Positions 12,091 to 25,790 of a stretch of 64,000 bases of DNA are shown here, piece by piece. The stretch is from Octopus bimaculoides (lineage: Eukaryota), in assembly GCF_001194135.2 (NCBI RefSeq), contig NC_068981.1, positions 100,347,932 through 100,411,931 on the forward strand, read 5' to 3'. Numbering within the stretch: position 1 is the first letter of the stretch; each line of letters starts with the position of its first letter. A program made the translations under genes and the position numbers. The notes beneath the pieces were generated by a model. It searched no databases and was not told the DNA's origin. It worked only from the letters and a program-made list of their open reading frames with translations.

Positions 12091-12318
12091 ATTGGCTATG
12101 ATAAGACCTAGCACTAGAAGAACAGACCTGGAGAAAATTCCCCACTTAGACTTGTGTACTGTTGCAGTGGATGAAGTGGAACAAAACAGAAATACATGTA
12201 TCCTACAATCTGATGCTATCACTCTTGATTCAAAACAAAGTGTGTATTTTCACAAGTCTAGGTGGAGAATTTTCTCCCAATCCATTCTTGCAGCATTAGG
12301 TCTTATCACAAACAATTA
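12091..12318. repeat. Imperfect inverted repeat (~60-68-bp arms, ~93-bp spacer), MITE-like
   Basis: gataagaccta...ggagaaaattccccacttagacttgtg versus cacaagtctaggtggagaattttctcc...taggtcttatc. Confidence 0.8.
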
Positions 12319-13580
12319 CAATCAAACATGACATTACATGATTATATATATATCCAAGACAGTTAGGGGCTGTGAATCCAACCCACTAAGGGAAAATATC
12401 TATCCAATATACTGCCGGAAGAATACCCAATTATTATTACACTAGTGTTTTTCCTTCGTATTACCAAGTCCAGTAAATGGGTGCGGGTAAAAGGATATTT
12501 TACCCTTAATTTATATAGCAATAAGAAAATGGAGAGGAATATGTGGTATTCATCAACTTGCAGACATTGTATTGTGTCAATNNNNNNNNNNGAATATGTG
12601 GTATTCATCAACTTGCAGACATTGTATTGTGTCAATTTACCTGTTTATTTGTTAACTAAGAGGACAATAATAACAATATACAAACACATGCAACATATTG
12701 TCATATCAGTAATTAAAAAAGGACAGGTAGTGACCGAAAATGGGACAATGACTTACAGCTGTTTCAGTCTAGTGGTGACATGCCTCATTCTATCTATATA
12801 ACTCCAGTAGGCTGAAGTAATTGATAGATGAAACAGATGAAATAGAGGTACATGGAAGATTCTCTAGGCCTTTACAGAGATTTTTTATAAAGTTCATGAA
12901 GTTAATTTAAAATATCCAAATATAAACATATAAAAAATCGTAAAAACTCACATATATATGCATACTTTAACATATATAGATATACATACATAAACATAAA
13001 CACATAAATACATATATGTACATTCAAATGTACATACACAAATGTCTATACATGCACACCAATAAGTCAATTATTATTATTATACATGAGGAGGACACAT
13101 ATGTATACCCACCCACACATACATACACATATGTATACATAAACATTACCATGCAGACATGTTCCCTGGTACATACGCATTAGTTGCGTTTGGAAAGGAG
13201 GACTGGTGCCTTGGTTCCTATCGCTATATTTCCAGCAAAATGTCCAGACCTATATATTATATATTTATATTTATATCAGAAACCTATGGGGTATGTACAT
13301 GTCAGTCATGTTTGTAATAGAGGAATTTATACAAATAGTTTGTGAGAATTGTTACAATAATATTCAGACTTCTATAAACCTGTGATGAGTTACTCCGTTA
13401 TTTTTCTGCTTATGGAGTAGTTGGAATCCTGCTGGTAGTGGGGAGGGATAATTTTTGCTGTTCAGTCCCCTCATTTAGTTGGTCATCTATTGTTTTAAAA
13501 TGTCTTGGCTTAGCTACGATTGGACAACCATTAACCGGTCAAATGAGTTAGGCATGAATATATATATATANNNNNNNNNN

Positions 13581-13621
<41 letters not shown>

Positions 13622-14514
13622 CATATGTATTCATGTATATATACGTGCACATATACGCACACACACACACACCCATACATACATACTCACATACCTATAT
13701 ATACTTATATAAATTGAGTGTATATAAATAATACAAACATTAAATAAATTATTGGAAAGTTTATATGTGGATATAAATGAATATTCATATGTATATATAC
13801 ACACATACACGACCAAACCAAAATAAGGGGCAAAGTAACAAAAAAATAACACAGCAATACTGTAAGACTGCTCGTATATATCTTCTTGGTATGTTGTCGT
13901 TAAATGCTAAGATTACGTCTAGAATACAGTCTCCGATTACTCACTAAAACTCCTTCATATATAAATTATACCAGCATAATTTCAAATTGTAGTTATTTTT
14001 GGTAAAAATATGATCGAAAGCTATTGTACCCGACCAATTGCCTTGGATTATGCTTAAAATTTATTATGTCTGACAGCAGGATGTCCTATATAGTTGAGTG
14101 ACTAAACTAATAAAATCCTAAGTTAATTATTCATAAACTTAGTGATTCATTTATTTCTATATCTAATTACTTCTAATGTTAAATTTATATTTGGGACACT
14201 TTTTATTTTACAAACATGAGTGAATAGAGGTAACCCTAGATTTGAGTATCGTCAATAACTTATTAATCTAACGCCTAATTAACCAATTCATCAGTCCACC
14301 CATCAATCAGCCAATCAATCAACCACTCAAATAAGTAAATAATTAATTGACCAATCAATCAATCCAAAACATGGTTAAAAATAGCATTACATACCAGAGT
14401 TCTTAACCAAAAGATATACTCATACATGTGTAATACATACATACACATACACACACACACACATATATATATACATACACACATATGATGTTATACACAC
14501 AAATGAAATTATAT

Positions 14515-14560
<46 letters not shown>

Positions 14561-14773
14561 CATGGTGTGCTACACAGGACTCACACATAAGTCCATGGAC
14601 TTATGCTTTTTCATTTGTGATTGCTTTTCAGGGTGTCCTTGTACCTCAGTTTAGGCCTTTCTTGTTTGTGTGAGCCCTGTGTAGCACACCATACAACACA
14701 CACACACACATCAAAAAAATCAAAGGTCCTTCCAGAGTCATAGGCTTATAAGGCTGGTTTATGGAATTCTGTG

Positions 14774-14816
14774 ATGTATATATTCCCCTCCCTGACAGGG
14801 AGGGGAATATATACAT
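14774..14816. repeat. Perfect 20-bp-stem hairpin with a GAC loop
   Basis: atgtatatattcccctccct-gac-agggaggggaatatatacat. Confidence 0.95.
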
Positions 14817-15108
14817 ATGCCGAACCACTAAGTTACGGGGACGTAAACACACCAGCATCGGTTGTCAAGCGATGTTGGGGTACAAACACAGACACACAGA
14901 CACACAAACACACATATATATATATATATACACATACATATATACGACGGGCTTCTTTCAGCTTCCGTCTACCAAATCCACTCATAAGGCTTTGGTCGGC
15001 TCAAGACTATAGTAGAAGACACGTGCCCAAGGTGCCACGCAGTGGGACTAAAACCCGGAACCATATGGTTGGTAAGCAAGTTACTTACCACACAGCCACT
15101 CCTGCGCC
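14817..15108 (-). mobile_element. SINE family A, 3'-truncated copy
   Basis: High similarity to the reverse complement of 53699-53970; CpGs retained. Confidence 0.85.
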
Positions 15109-15872
15109 TTTCTCCATATATATATATATATATGGAAAAAGTGTTAAGTGTTGTGTATGTAAAGAATTTTATAAGGAAAAAATAGATAACTATTTATGAA
15201 TATGAGTAATGATTCAACTGTTGTAAATGAAAATAGAATTTCCCACTGTAGTTGTTGATGTTATTGCTGCTGTCATTGTTATTGATGTTGATGCTGATAT
15301 GGCTGCTGCTACTGCTGCTACTGCTGCTACTATTGTTATTATCATAAAGCTAAGCTGGTTCAAATAGATTAACACATTTTCTTTTTCTAAATTGGTCACT
15401 AAGAAAATGAATGAAATCCAGTTAGAACAATTATAGAAGGAAGACAAACATGACATTTATCTTAATTTTGGTTCAATATAGAGGACAAAAACCGAATCTA
15501 GATATATATATATATATATATATANNNNNNNNNNNNNNNNNNNNNNNNNNNNNNNNNNNNNNNNNNNNNNNNNNNNNNNNNNNNNNNNNNNNNNNNNNNN
15601 NNNNNNNNNNNNNNNNNNNNNNNNNNNNNNNNNNNNNNNNNNNNNNNNNNNNNNNNNNNNNNNNNNNNNNNNNNNNNNNNNNNNNNNNNNNNNNNNNNNN
15701 NNNNNNNNNNNNNNNNNNNNNNNNNNNNNNNNNNNNNNNNNNNNNNNNNNNNNNNNNNNNNNNNNNNNNNNNNNNNNNNNNNNNNNNNNNNNNNNNNNNN
15801 NNNNNNNNNNNNNNNNNNNNNNNNNNNNNNNNNNNNNNNNNNNNNNNNNNNNNNNNNNNNNNNNNNNNNNNN

Positions 15873-15915
<43 letters not shown>

Positions 15916-15917
<2 letters not shown>

Positions 15918-16620
15918 GGGTACAGTGAATAAACTGTCATCTAAATTACACGAAAATGAAAATAACACTGACATCTAATTTTAGCAGATATATTTACCAA
16001 AATTACATAAAAATATATTGAAATACTAAAGAATAAATTTATTCAATAAAATCACCATTGGCTTCAACCATGGCCTTCAGACAACTTCGCAATCTCCTGC
16101 AACTTCTGGTCGGTCTCCTTGCTTAAGTTGGTGAATGCTGTCATAATACTAGCTTTCAGTTCATCATTGGTGTTACAAGGAGTTTTGCTGGTGTCTTGCT
16201 TAATAATAATAATAATGATAACCAAAGGGGTTGCAGTCTGGGGAGGTAGGTGACCAGATGTTAGGGGTGACGTGGTCGCAGAAATTGTCTGATAGCCCTG
16301 ACTAGGTTCTTCTGCTTGTGTAGCATGGGATAGAGTCCTATTGCCAGACACAGGGTCTTCCAGCAGCTACCCTCTTGGCCCAGGGCAACACTAATCTTCT
16401 CCAGGCACTTGATGTAGGCCTCTGTGTTGAGTCTGAGGACACATGGGAAGATGAATGGAGGCATAATGTCACCATCACTAGTGATCACTCCAAACACTAT
16501 GATGTTGACTGGATGTTTGATTTTTATCACTCTTGGTACATGTCTTCAGATCACACTATCCTCAGATTCACACCCAAATACTCTGAAATGCTCATATTGG
16601 GGCTTCTCACATAAATGCCA
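15916..16620 (-). mobile_element. Decayed IS630-Tc1-mariner transposase of DD37D (maT-like) type
   Basis: KHPVNIIVFGVITSDG, WQ*DSIPCYTS and WSPTSPDCNPFGY; 37 residues lie between the second Asp and the third catalytic position (GGT, one change from GAT). Confidence 0.8.
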
Positions 16621-16699
16621 AGCTGTACAGCGTGTCGTTTCCAAATTTCTGGCAGAGTGAATTGTGTCATGGTAGTATTTTGCTCATAGGCAGTGCCCA

Positions 16700-18400
16700 A
16701 CTGACCCTACTATATTGTGTAGTCAACAAAATCAAAAACAAACAATGCACATGTGCAAAATTAAAAATATAAAATGACGACAATTCACCCATTTCACCCT
16801 GCATGAGAAAATAAGTAATACATGCAGGACAGCCACAGACATGATAATCAAAATCACTACTCCTAATGACCTCAAATTGAGACCTATAATAGCAGGTCCC
16901 ACATGCAAAACCCACCACCTCAGTAACTTTTTAGATACCCTCTTAAAACCATTCCTCAAGCTTGTCAAAAGCTACATAAGGAATGACCTGAATATGCTCA
17001 ATCACCTTCCTGAAACAATAAACAAAAAACACCCTACTAGTATCCTTCGATGTAGTCAACCTCTATTCCAATATCCCCCACAACCTAGGAATAGAGGCAA
17101 TTCAATTCTGGTGAGAGAATTATGCCAACGAACTCCTACATCACATCAAAAAAGAACTTGTGATAGAAGGGCTAAAATTTATCGGGGACTGCAATGGGTA
17201 CAAGAATGGCCCCCCCCCCTCCTTTGCTAAGCTAGTCATGGGATATCTAGAAATTAGTCTTTATTGTAAGGTACTAGAAAAATATGGCAATCCATTCTCC
17301 CTCTACATAGAATGTAACTGGAAGAGATACCTGGATGACTGTTTCATTCTTTGGCATGAAAGTATACAGAGACTTAAAGAATTTCAAGCACTTATAAATG
17401 GACTTGATATAAACATTCAGCTCACGATGGAATATAACCATCAACAACTTCCCTTTCTTGATATCCTCATGAAGAAATCTAACAATGTAATAGAAACAGA
17501 TATATACTATAAGCCCACGGATTCCAAGCAATATCTACCATTCAACTCATGCCACCCCAGACACACCAGAATGAATATCCCCTTCAACCTAGCAAAAAGG
17601 TTTTGTACTATAGTTTCTAATGCAAGCACCAGGGACATATGACTACATGAACTAAAGGATGCACTCATCACCAGGAACTACCCACCTTCACTAATTGACA
17701 TATGCTTTCAATGTGCCCTACAACTCAACATCCATGAACTCAGACATCCCAAATTAAAGAAGGATTTACAACCAAAAGCCCTACCATACATTTCCACACA
17801 CAACCCTCTTAACAATGAAGCTTTCGACACCATCCTTCAAAACATTCTCCTGCTAAAAAAGGACCACAGAATGGACTTAATCCTCCAAACACGCACCATT
17901 ATAAAAAGCAAGAGACAGCCCAAATCTATGAAAAGTCTTCTAACACAAGCCTGAATACACTCAACAACACTGAAGCTGTCAGTAAAAAAATGCAGAAGAC
18001 CCAACTGTGGGATATACGTCAATTTAACTGAGGGACAACGTTTCACAGTGAAAAGCAGCTTCACATGTGTTTCGGAGAACCTGATATATGCACTAACCTG
18101 CTCTGGGTGTCAAGAGCAATACATAGACCAAACAAAAAACAGTCTACGTCAAAGGATGGCTCAGCACAGATCCCAGATCAAAATTCCCCAAAACAGAAAA
18201 ATAGCATTTAGCCAACACATTGACATTTGCATCAATAACAAAGATCCAAGCTTCAGAATTTTCCCCCTCTATTAATTCAGCAACGATACAACCTGTAGCC
18301 AACGAATTAGTAAAGAGTCTTTCTTTATCACAAAATACAGACCCTTTTGAACGCATTTTCAAGAAATGACATATCCACCATAACCTTAGAATAACACACA
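16700..18400 (+). mobile_element. Penelope-like retroelement (RT plus GIY-YIG endonuclease), frameshifted pseudogene
   Basis: LRPIIAGPTC, WKRYLDDCFILW, LPFLDI, YYKPTDSKQYLPFNSCHP, then FTCVSENLIYALTCSGCQEQYIDQT...RMAQHR. Confidence 0.93.
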
Positions 18401-18746
18401 TGCAAATATTAAAAATGATACATTCAAAAGAGATACCCAAGAATTCATTAAAAACAATCCCATTTTTAGGTCACTTCACCATTTGACATCCTATTACTAT
18501 CATACCACTCTTGAATTCTTTTATTATTCTTTCTCTTCTTCACCTTCTCCTTCTTCTTTGTCTTCTTCCTCTCTGTCACATCCTTCCTTACTTTACTACT
18601 ACTGCTGCTTAGAATAACACCCACACAAATATTAAAAACAATACATTCAAAAGAGATATCTCAAGAATTCAATCACTACTACTATCCACAACAAGTTACT
18701 TTCAGGACATTTGAACATTTAACATCCTACTACTATCATACCACTC
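18385..18746 (+). repeat. Direct repeat (~125-140 bp; 18385-18510 and 18608-18746) right after the PLE ORF
   Basis: Both copies start cttagaataacac and end actatcataccactc. Confidence 0.85.
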
Positions 18747-19429
18747 CTACATTCCTACACTCCTACACCAGGCTTTGAGAGAATGTGAAATGACTTTTTG
18801 GAAGAGTGGATCTTGAAGCAAATAAAACTATAAACACACACACATACACACACACACACACACACACAGACACACACACACACAAACACGGCTTTTGTAC
18901 AGTTTCTGTCAACAAAATTTCACTATGACATTAATCAACTATGGCAGAAGACACTTACCAAAATGCCATGCCACACAGAAGGAGAAAACCCAAAACAACA
19001 TAGCTGTGAAGGATATTTCTTTACTTGACACCAATATTTCTTTACTAGAAGGATATTTTTTTACTAGACCCAATAGTCTTTCTTGTTTCAATTTCAGATA
19101 ACTAGGTGAACCAGAACTTGTAGAATTAAGTATCCCACCAAGAGAACCAGAAAGAAATGTTTTCCATGAGTATGAACACACAAACCGTATGTTTATATTT
19201 CAATATCATATCCATCAAGACCAGTTTAGAGACAATTGTAAATATTCTTTACAAAGAAGTCAAAATATTCATTTTTTTTTTCTTGTAATTAAAATATCAA
19301 CCTAAGTAAAATACTTTTTGTATAAAACCAACTCTTTTTCCTTTCAGATACAGAAAATTAACATGAAACAACCTCACCAACTCACCCACCATCAGCAACT
19401 CTCCTCTTTCTTTCAAGTAGAAAACCTTA

Positions 19430-20680
19430 GAGCTGCTACAATCAAAATCGGTATAAAGAAAAGAAGGCCTGGAGAATTTGTGGAGATACTACAGCATATA
19501 TGAATAGATGTGTGTCCTGTAAAAGAGTTAAGATGGAAGGGAGCCTCAACTAAGCACCTTATAGGCAAGACTCATAAATAGAAATTCTACTGGGTGGGCA
19601 GTAGTGTTGAGATGGGAAGTAAGCATATTGTTAGCAGAAAACAGATGAAGTAACTGAGGTAATCAGAACAATTAAGCTTAAACAAATAACAGGCAACTCA
19701 ACAGCTACAGTAATCTCTGAATATGCGTTTTAATTATGATTTATAAATGAGCAACAGAACCATTTTTATGAGGACCTCTCACAGTCTACATCGATAACAA
19801 ATGACAGCAAACTAGTAACCATAAGCCAAGGCCTTTAATGGACATCTTGCACAACATTGATGGCCACTTTAGTGTACAAGGAGGCTATGGATAGGGTACA
19901 ACAAATAAAAGAGGATTAAGGTATTTGGAATTCTTACAACACAAACAACATAATCATTTGCAACACTAACTTTAGAAAACTGGTTAACCACTACATCGTC
20001 TAGCAATCAGATGAACACACACACACACAGACCAGATAGACCTTATGCTCACCATCAAACAGGACAAACAGATGGTTGGAATATTAAGCCATTCATTGGA
20101 GAAAGATGTATAACTCAGTATAGACAAATGGATAGTGTCATCACAGTAAGAGCTAAATGTACACAGAGACACAAGACAATTTGGAGAAAGAAAGAATGAC
20201 AGCTGAAACATCCTTCAGATAAACTAAGACTCAGAGATGCTGTCATCAAGGTGAGAGTTAGCAATGAGTTTAACAAAGAATTTATCATGTGGGTTTATAT
20301 CAGGGTGTGGTTCTCAGCATCTCCAGTTTATTTCAATATTCAATGTCATAACAAAGGAGTTTAAGTCTGGTTGTCTGTAAGAACTTGTGTATGTTGTACA
20401 GCTAGTTCACATAACTATTGAGGAATTACAGAAGAAATTGTAAATATAGCAGCAGAACCTAGAAGTGACAGATCTTAAAGTGAACTTAGCAATGACAAAA
20501 GTTTTAGCTGGCAGAGAAGAATACAAGCCCCTACTACCATGAGAAGTGGTTATGTTTGATATGCAGAAAAGAAGTAGGCAAAAATATTTCATGGTGCACA
20601 ATGTAAACTGTCAAAGCACAAGAGATGAAGCAGAATTGCAGTTGAGTTGAGAGAAGAAATACTTCTATAGCAGACACATG
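19430..20680 (+). mobile_element. Old RTE LINE with internal deletions (endonuclease N-terminus through RT)
   Basis: RPGEFVEILQ..IDVC...RWKGASTK, KEFKSGCL*ELVY, LKVNLAMTKVL and the Cys-rich CRKEVGKN segment. Confidence 0.75.
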
Positions 20681-21524
20681 CATGCATGTTAATTTTCCCA
20701 TTGTTATGTGTGGTACTTTAATCATAAATTTTTTGGTCTGTGAGCTATTTTCTTGGCACATTAAGCAGAACACACTATCACTTTTGATAAACACCATCTT
20801 GTGTGTTATTTTAGTCTCTCAGGAATTAGGAGTCAGTTGAACCAAATTTTCACTCAGAACCAAACTGTCACATTCTTTTAATTAGTGATTCCACTCATAA
20901 CTAGGAAAGTCTGTCTCTCACTTTTGGTTTTTATTCTAGGAGCAACCATGGCCTTTTGTCTCTCTCCTTTCATTCTCTCTTGCTAGCAGTTAACTTTTAT
21001 CTTGGTCTCAACTCAGCAGAATCATTTCTACCAATTTAAATACACATACAATTGACTGTTTTTTCTCTTTTCTGATGGCCTTTTATTTGCTTGTGCATAT
21101 TTGACACCACAACACATTATTCTATTAACTTTGTAAAACAAGGAGATGTAATATGTGCATCTCTACAACGTATTGTCCAAATGATTTCAGAAAGTAGACA
21201 AATAATTACTTACATTCCTACATACATAGTTATGAAAATTGATTTCATAAACTAAAATCAGAAATTTTCTATGCCTAAAATCTTTTATTTTAATCTGTAT
21301 TCTCAAACCAGACACTGTGTAATTATCACATTATTTTATGAACAAGATCAGAAGAAAGCTTCTATTTATTTAGAAAATGAAAGGAAAAATTACATATAAC
21401 TAATTATTGTTGTTATATCTACAAGATCTTTTCTTTAATTTCATAAACTTCATATGTAGCAAATCTGTAGTATGTAAGTAATTAGTAGTAAAAGTATCTA
21501 TGAAATAAATTATTTCAAATGCTC

Positions 21525-21672
21525 AGAGGGCTCCTTAGCAACAGTTGATAACTTCTGCTACCTTGGTAACTTGGTCAGCAGCAGAAAGGAGTGTTTCAAA
21601 AGCATAACAGCCAGAATAAGAATAGATTGAAAGAAAGTTCAGTAAGCTTATTACCTCTACTAGCAACAAAGG

Positions 21673-21763
<91 letters not shown>

Positions 21764-21790
21764 CTTCTCTCTATCTATCTATCTCTCTCA
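21525..21790 (+). mobile_element. RTE thumb-domain fragment running into a (CT)n microsatellite
   Basis: VDNFCYLGNLVSS...[25 protein letters not shown] followed directly by (CT)~38. Confidence 0.8.
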
Positions 21791-21804
21791 ATGAGAGGCA
21801 GATT

Positions 21805-21995
21805 ATATCTTTTCTACTCTAGGCACAAGGCCTGAAATTTTGGGGGAGGGGGCCAGTCGATTAGATCAACTCCAGTATGCAACTGGTACTTAATTTATCA
21901 ACCCTGAAAGGATGAAAGGCAAAGTCAACCTCGGCAAAGTTTGAACTCAGAACGTAAAGACAGATGAAATATCACTAAGCATTTCGCCTGGTGTG
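21805..21995 (-). mobile_element. SINE family C
   Basis: aggcacaaggcctgaaattttggggg...gaaaggatgaaaggcaaagtcaacctcgg. Confidence 0.8.
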
Positions 21996-22809
21996 AAACA
22001 TGTATGCTATGTCAAGCTCCATACATTTATCTGCATTTGATGGAGCCAAATCTATCGCTAGAAATGGTGACAATGCTGGAAAATGGACATTTGAGTTTGT
22101 GACAAATCCTGACATAATAAAGCAAAATGGATTTCAATGTTGAAATCAGCATGCCAAAATTACTAAGAAACATGTCTCCGATACTAGAGAACAAAACCTA
22201 TGTTCCCCTGTGTTATATAATATATGATACAATAAATGAATTGAGTTTCATCAAATGGAAGAAAGCTAATCTCAGTGGTAGTTAGAATGGAAAGACAGAG
22301 AAAAGTAAAGCAAAATCTTGGGGTAGATCAGTCTCCTCCAGCTATCAATGTTGTACAAAAGGAGTAAAAAATAAAAGTGATACAGAAAGGAGAGAAAATT
22401 AGAAGAGAAGCAGATGGTGAAAGAAAAAGAGAAGGAAAGGACTGATACACTTATATTGCTAACTACACAAAACAAAGATACATGAAGTATTAATAGCATG
22501 TATTAAAATTGCTCTAAGTTCCCATCAATTCTGATTGCCAAAGAAATGAGGTTATTAATGATAATTATAAGTAATCCTAACATGGACTGAAGAAAATAAA
22601 TCCTAATGATATATGTTGGAATATCTCTCCAGAAAAATCACTACTGTTATTTTCTCTTGTAATCTCTAATTACAATAATTTATGACTGGCAGTACCCATG
22701 GAAATTCCACAGTTATTTTGAAAGCCATAAAATGGCTGGAAGTTTATAAAGAACCACAAAATATATAATCTCTTTTGAAATTGTATTTTGTTTGAAAAAT
22801 TTGATTCTT

Positions 22810-22945
22810 CGAAGGGCATCCAACTGTAGAAACCATTTCAAATCAGATTGGAACGTAGTGCAGCTCCCCAGCTTAGCAATTTTCAGTCAAACCATCCAAC
22901 CCATACCAGCAAGGAAAACGGGTGTTAAATGATGATGATGAGAAG
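22810..22945 (+). mobile_element. RTE-type 3' tail
   Basis: gaagggcatccaactgtagaaacc...ccaacccataccagc...gttaaatgatgatgatg. Confidence 0.75.
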
Positions 22946-23174
22946 GTCTAAAAGTCCACATAGGTTGTAGGAAGTACTGAATGTACTATCGTAGGGGACA
23001 ACATCTCTGGAAGCTGGAGACTTCCTGATACACTTGTCATCTATTCTAACTTGTGAGTTGTTATTTATTATTTTTCACTTTAAATCAAGAAGGAAACAAT
23101 CTCAACTATGGTCAAAAACCAAAGACATAATCTATGTTCAGTATTATTCTGCCATTGAACAACTATCTTTCTAT

Positions 23175-23414
23175 TCTTTTATTTTTTTTACTTGTTTCAG
23201 TCAGTTGATTGTGGCCATGCTGGAGCACTGCCTTAAAGGGTATTTTAGTCAGAGTATTCGACCCCAGGACTTATTCTCCGTAAGCCATACTTATTCTATC
23301 AGCCTCTTTTGCTGAACCACTAAGTTACAGAGACATAAACACCCCAACATCAGTTGTCAAGTGATGGGAGCAGACACAAAGATATAAATATATATGTACA
23401 CACACACATATATC

Positions 23415-23470
<56 letters not shown>

Positions 23471-23625
23471 CAACAGGCTTCTTTCAGTTTCCATCTACCA
23501 AATCTATCCACAAGACTTTGGTCAGCCCATGGCTACAGTAGAAGATACTTGCCCAAGGCGCCATGCAGTGGGACTGAACCCAGAACCATGTGGTTGGGAA
23601 GCAAGTTTCTTACCACACAGCCTGT
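23175..23625 (-). mobile_element. SINE family A, complete copy with an internal (TA)n
   Basis: Head, microsatellite and tail are all present. Confidence 0.85.
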
Positions 23626-23762
23626 TACATACTTATCTTGATATCTGAGAAAAGTTCATTTGATCAAACTTTACTCCATGGTCCCAATGAGAAGTAGCAG
23701 CTAAACTGAGATGAACAGTTCACGAAACAACATATCAATAATTAGGTGCGGATTATGCATGA

Positions 23763-23979
23763 TTAACCCTTTAGCATTTAATCCAGGCATATCTGGCCCC
23801 TGTTATATGTTAAAACTGACCATATCCAACCTCCCATACTTACACTACAATGTCATTCTAAAACTTTATAAACACACCACTGATATCTTGAAGCTACAAA
23901 ATAATAGGTGATGATTTCAAAACAATGTAAATATACAAGCAATACATTTGACAAAGAAATCTGAATGCTAAAGTGTTCA
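23763..23979. mobile_element. piggyBac-like MITE (TTAA-CCCTTTAGCATT...AATGCTAAAG ends)
   Basis: Terminal inverted repeats next to TTAA; related copy at 38108-38326 and a solo end at ~36365-36414 (aatgctaaagggttaa). Confidence 0.7.
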
Positions 23980-24849
23980 AAGTTCCCTTTACAACCAAAT
24001 GATTCTTGATTCAGTTCCACTGCATTGCACTTTCGGCAAAAGTCTTCTAGCGTAGACTTGAATCGGTTACTGCCTCGAGTGAAATTTATTTTGAAAGAAA
24101 CAGTATAGAGGCATATTGTGCATGGACACACACACACACACACACACACTTTATGTATATATATATATATACACATATACACATAATCTCAGTGTGTGAG
24201 TGTGCAGGTGAGTGCAATTGTGAGTCTACAGTTGTAAGTGTGCAGGTCTGTGTGTGTGTGTGTGTGTTGTGCTTAAAACCAATGGTGTAGCTATGCCATA
24301 ACATAGCAGTTTGACAAATATACGCTGATAAAATAAAATAAGTCCCATACTTTAAATAATTGCTGGAGTTGATATGCTTGTCTCAATGGTTAAAGACAGT
24401 GCCACAGCATAGCTGCAGTCTAATAATCAGTAAAAGACTAAATGAATAAAAATATATAAATATACTTAATTCAATTTATTTATTTATATTGGCATAGTTG
24501 AACACATTTCCCTTCTTATGACAAAAAAATTATTTTACATATCAAGATACAATTTGACTGAAATAAGTAAGATAAAAGATATATTCATAAATTTATATAT
24601 AATTTATATATAAATCATATCGCAAATTATATAGCTTTAAGTACAGCATTAGACCATTTTAGCTCTTAATTCTTACAATGTAGGTGTTTTAATACCCTAG
24701 TCATATTTAGTGACAATTATAGTTTTCCTTTTTGATAACACATTGCATATGGCTATCAATATTAATTTTTTGTATGTGTGTGTGTACATACACACACACA
24801 CAAACACACACATGACAGAAGTAAATAGACATCCTTATAATCATTAAAG

Positions 24850-25790
24850 CAATGTTACCGATCAGATGATGAATATTCTCTTGGGGAATTTCTTGCCAAG
24901 TTTCATGCAGTAATCTCAAAAGATCAGGCTTTGCGAATGCTTTCTTGTTCTTTTTATGAAGTGTCCTATTCATTATGCTCCAGAGGTGTTCTATAGGGTT
25001 CATATCTGGTGACTGGCTTGGCCATGCCATTCTTTTCCAACCAATCTTGGGTCCTTTTAGCCATGTGACAAGGAGCCCCATCTTCCATAAACAAAGTATC
25101 TTCTTTAATCATTTCACCATTGGAGAAGATCAGAAGGAGTCCTTTCTGCAATATGGACACATATTTATCTGAGTTTATGTTTCCATAACACTCCACCAGC
25201 TCTGATTAACCATTGCTCCAAATTGCTCCCCAGACAATCACAGAATAGCTGCCTTGTTTCATTGTTTCATTTTCAGGTCAAATTCTTCATCACAGGGTCA
25301 CCAGACCCACACTCAACCACTGTCAGAAAATACAGCAAATCTGGACTCATCGGAGAATATGACAGTGTCCCAAAATGCTAGTGGCCACCCCATCATCTCA
25401 TTAGCCCAATCTTTTGTCCACTTGATATTTGTTGGTTAAAGAAGTGGCTTCCTTCTTGCTGCTCTGCCACAGTAGCCAAGTTTGTGGAGATACCTGACAG
25501 CTGTTCTGAGACTGGCATCAACTTGTTCTGCTATGTCAGAGGGCTTGCAATGAGGGTTATTCTCTACACCTCCCTTAACAAAGCAATGGGTCCTCTCAGA
25601 GGGTTCTGTTTGACCCGGGCAAGGTGATGTGAACTCTTTTCTTTCTCTGGTGAATTGCACAATCACCTTGTTAAATGTAAAAAGAGGGATCCCAAGGTTT
25701 TCTACGATTTTATGGTAAGTCCACTTTCAGATTGACACGCAATATAGCCTCTTTGAAATTTGGACAGTTCCAAGGCTTATTTTGTACGTG
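24850..25790 (-). mobile_element. Tc1-family transposase pseudogene
   Basis: AARRKPLL, WDTVIFSDESRF, VIVWGAI, FMEDGAPCH and WPSQSPDMNPIEHLW (DDE triad), with frameshifts. Confidence 0.92.

Noticed and set aside
12537-12636. 45-bp exact duplication either side of a 10-N gap
   Set aside because: Typical unmerged contig overlap; treated as an assembly artefact.
13384-13432. GTGATGA plus a 9-bp stem plus GGAA, hammerhead-like
   Set aside because: Both core strands are mutated and no stem I or III is present; at best a remote relic.
19099-19187. Plus-strand exon-like segment (GEPELVELSIPPREPERNVFHEYEHTN)
   Set aside because: The AG with the polypyrimidine tract gives stops in all frames. The open reading needs a second AG 8 nt downstream, and no partner exons were found.
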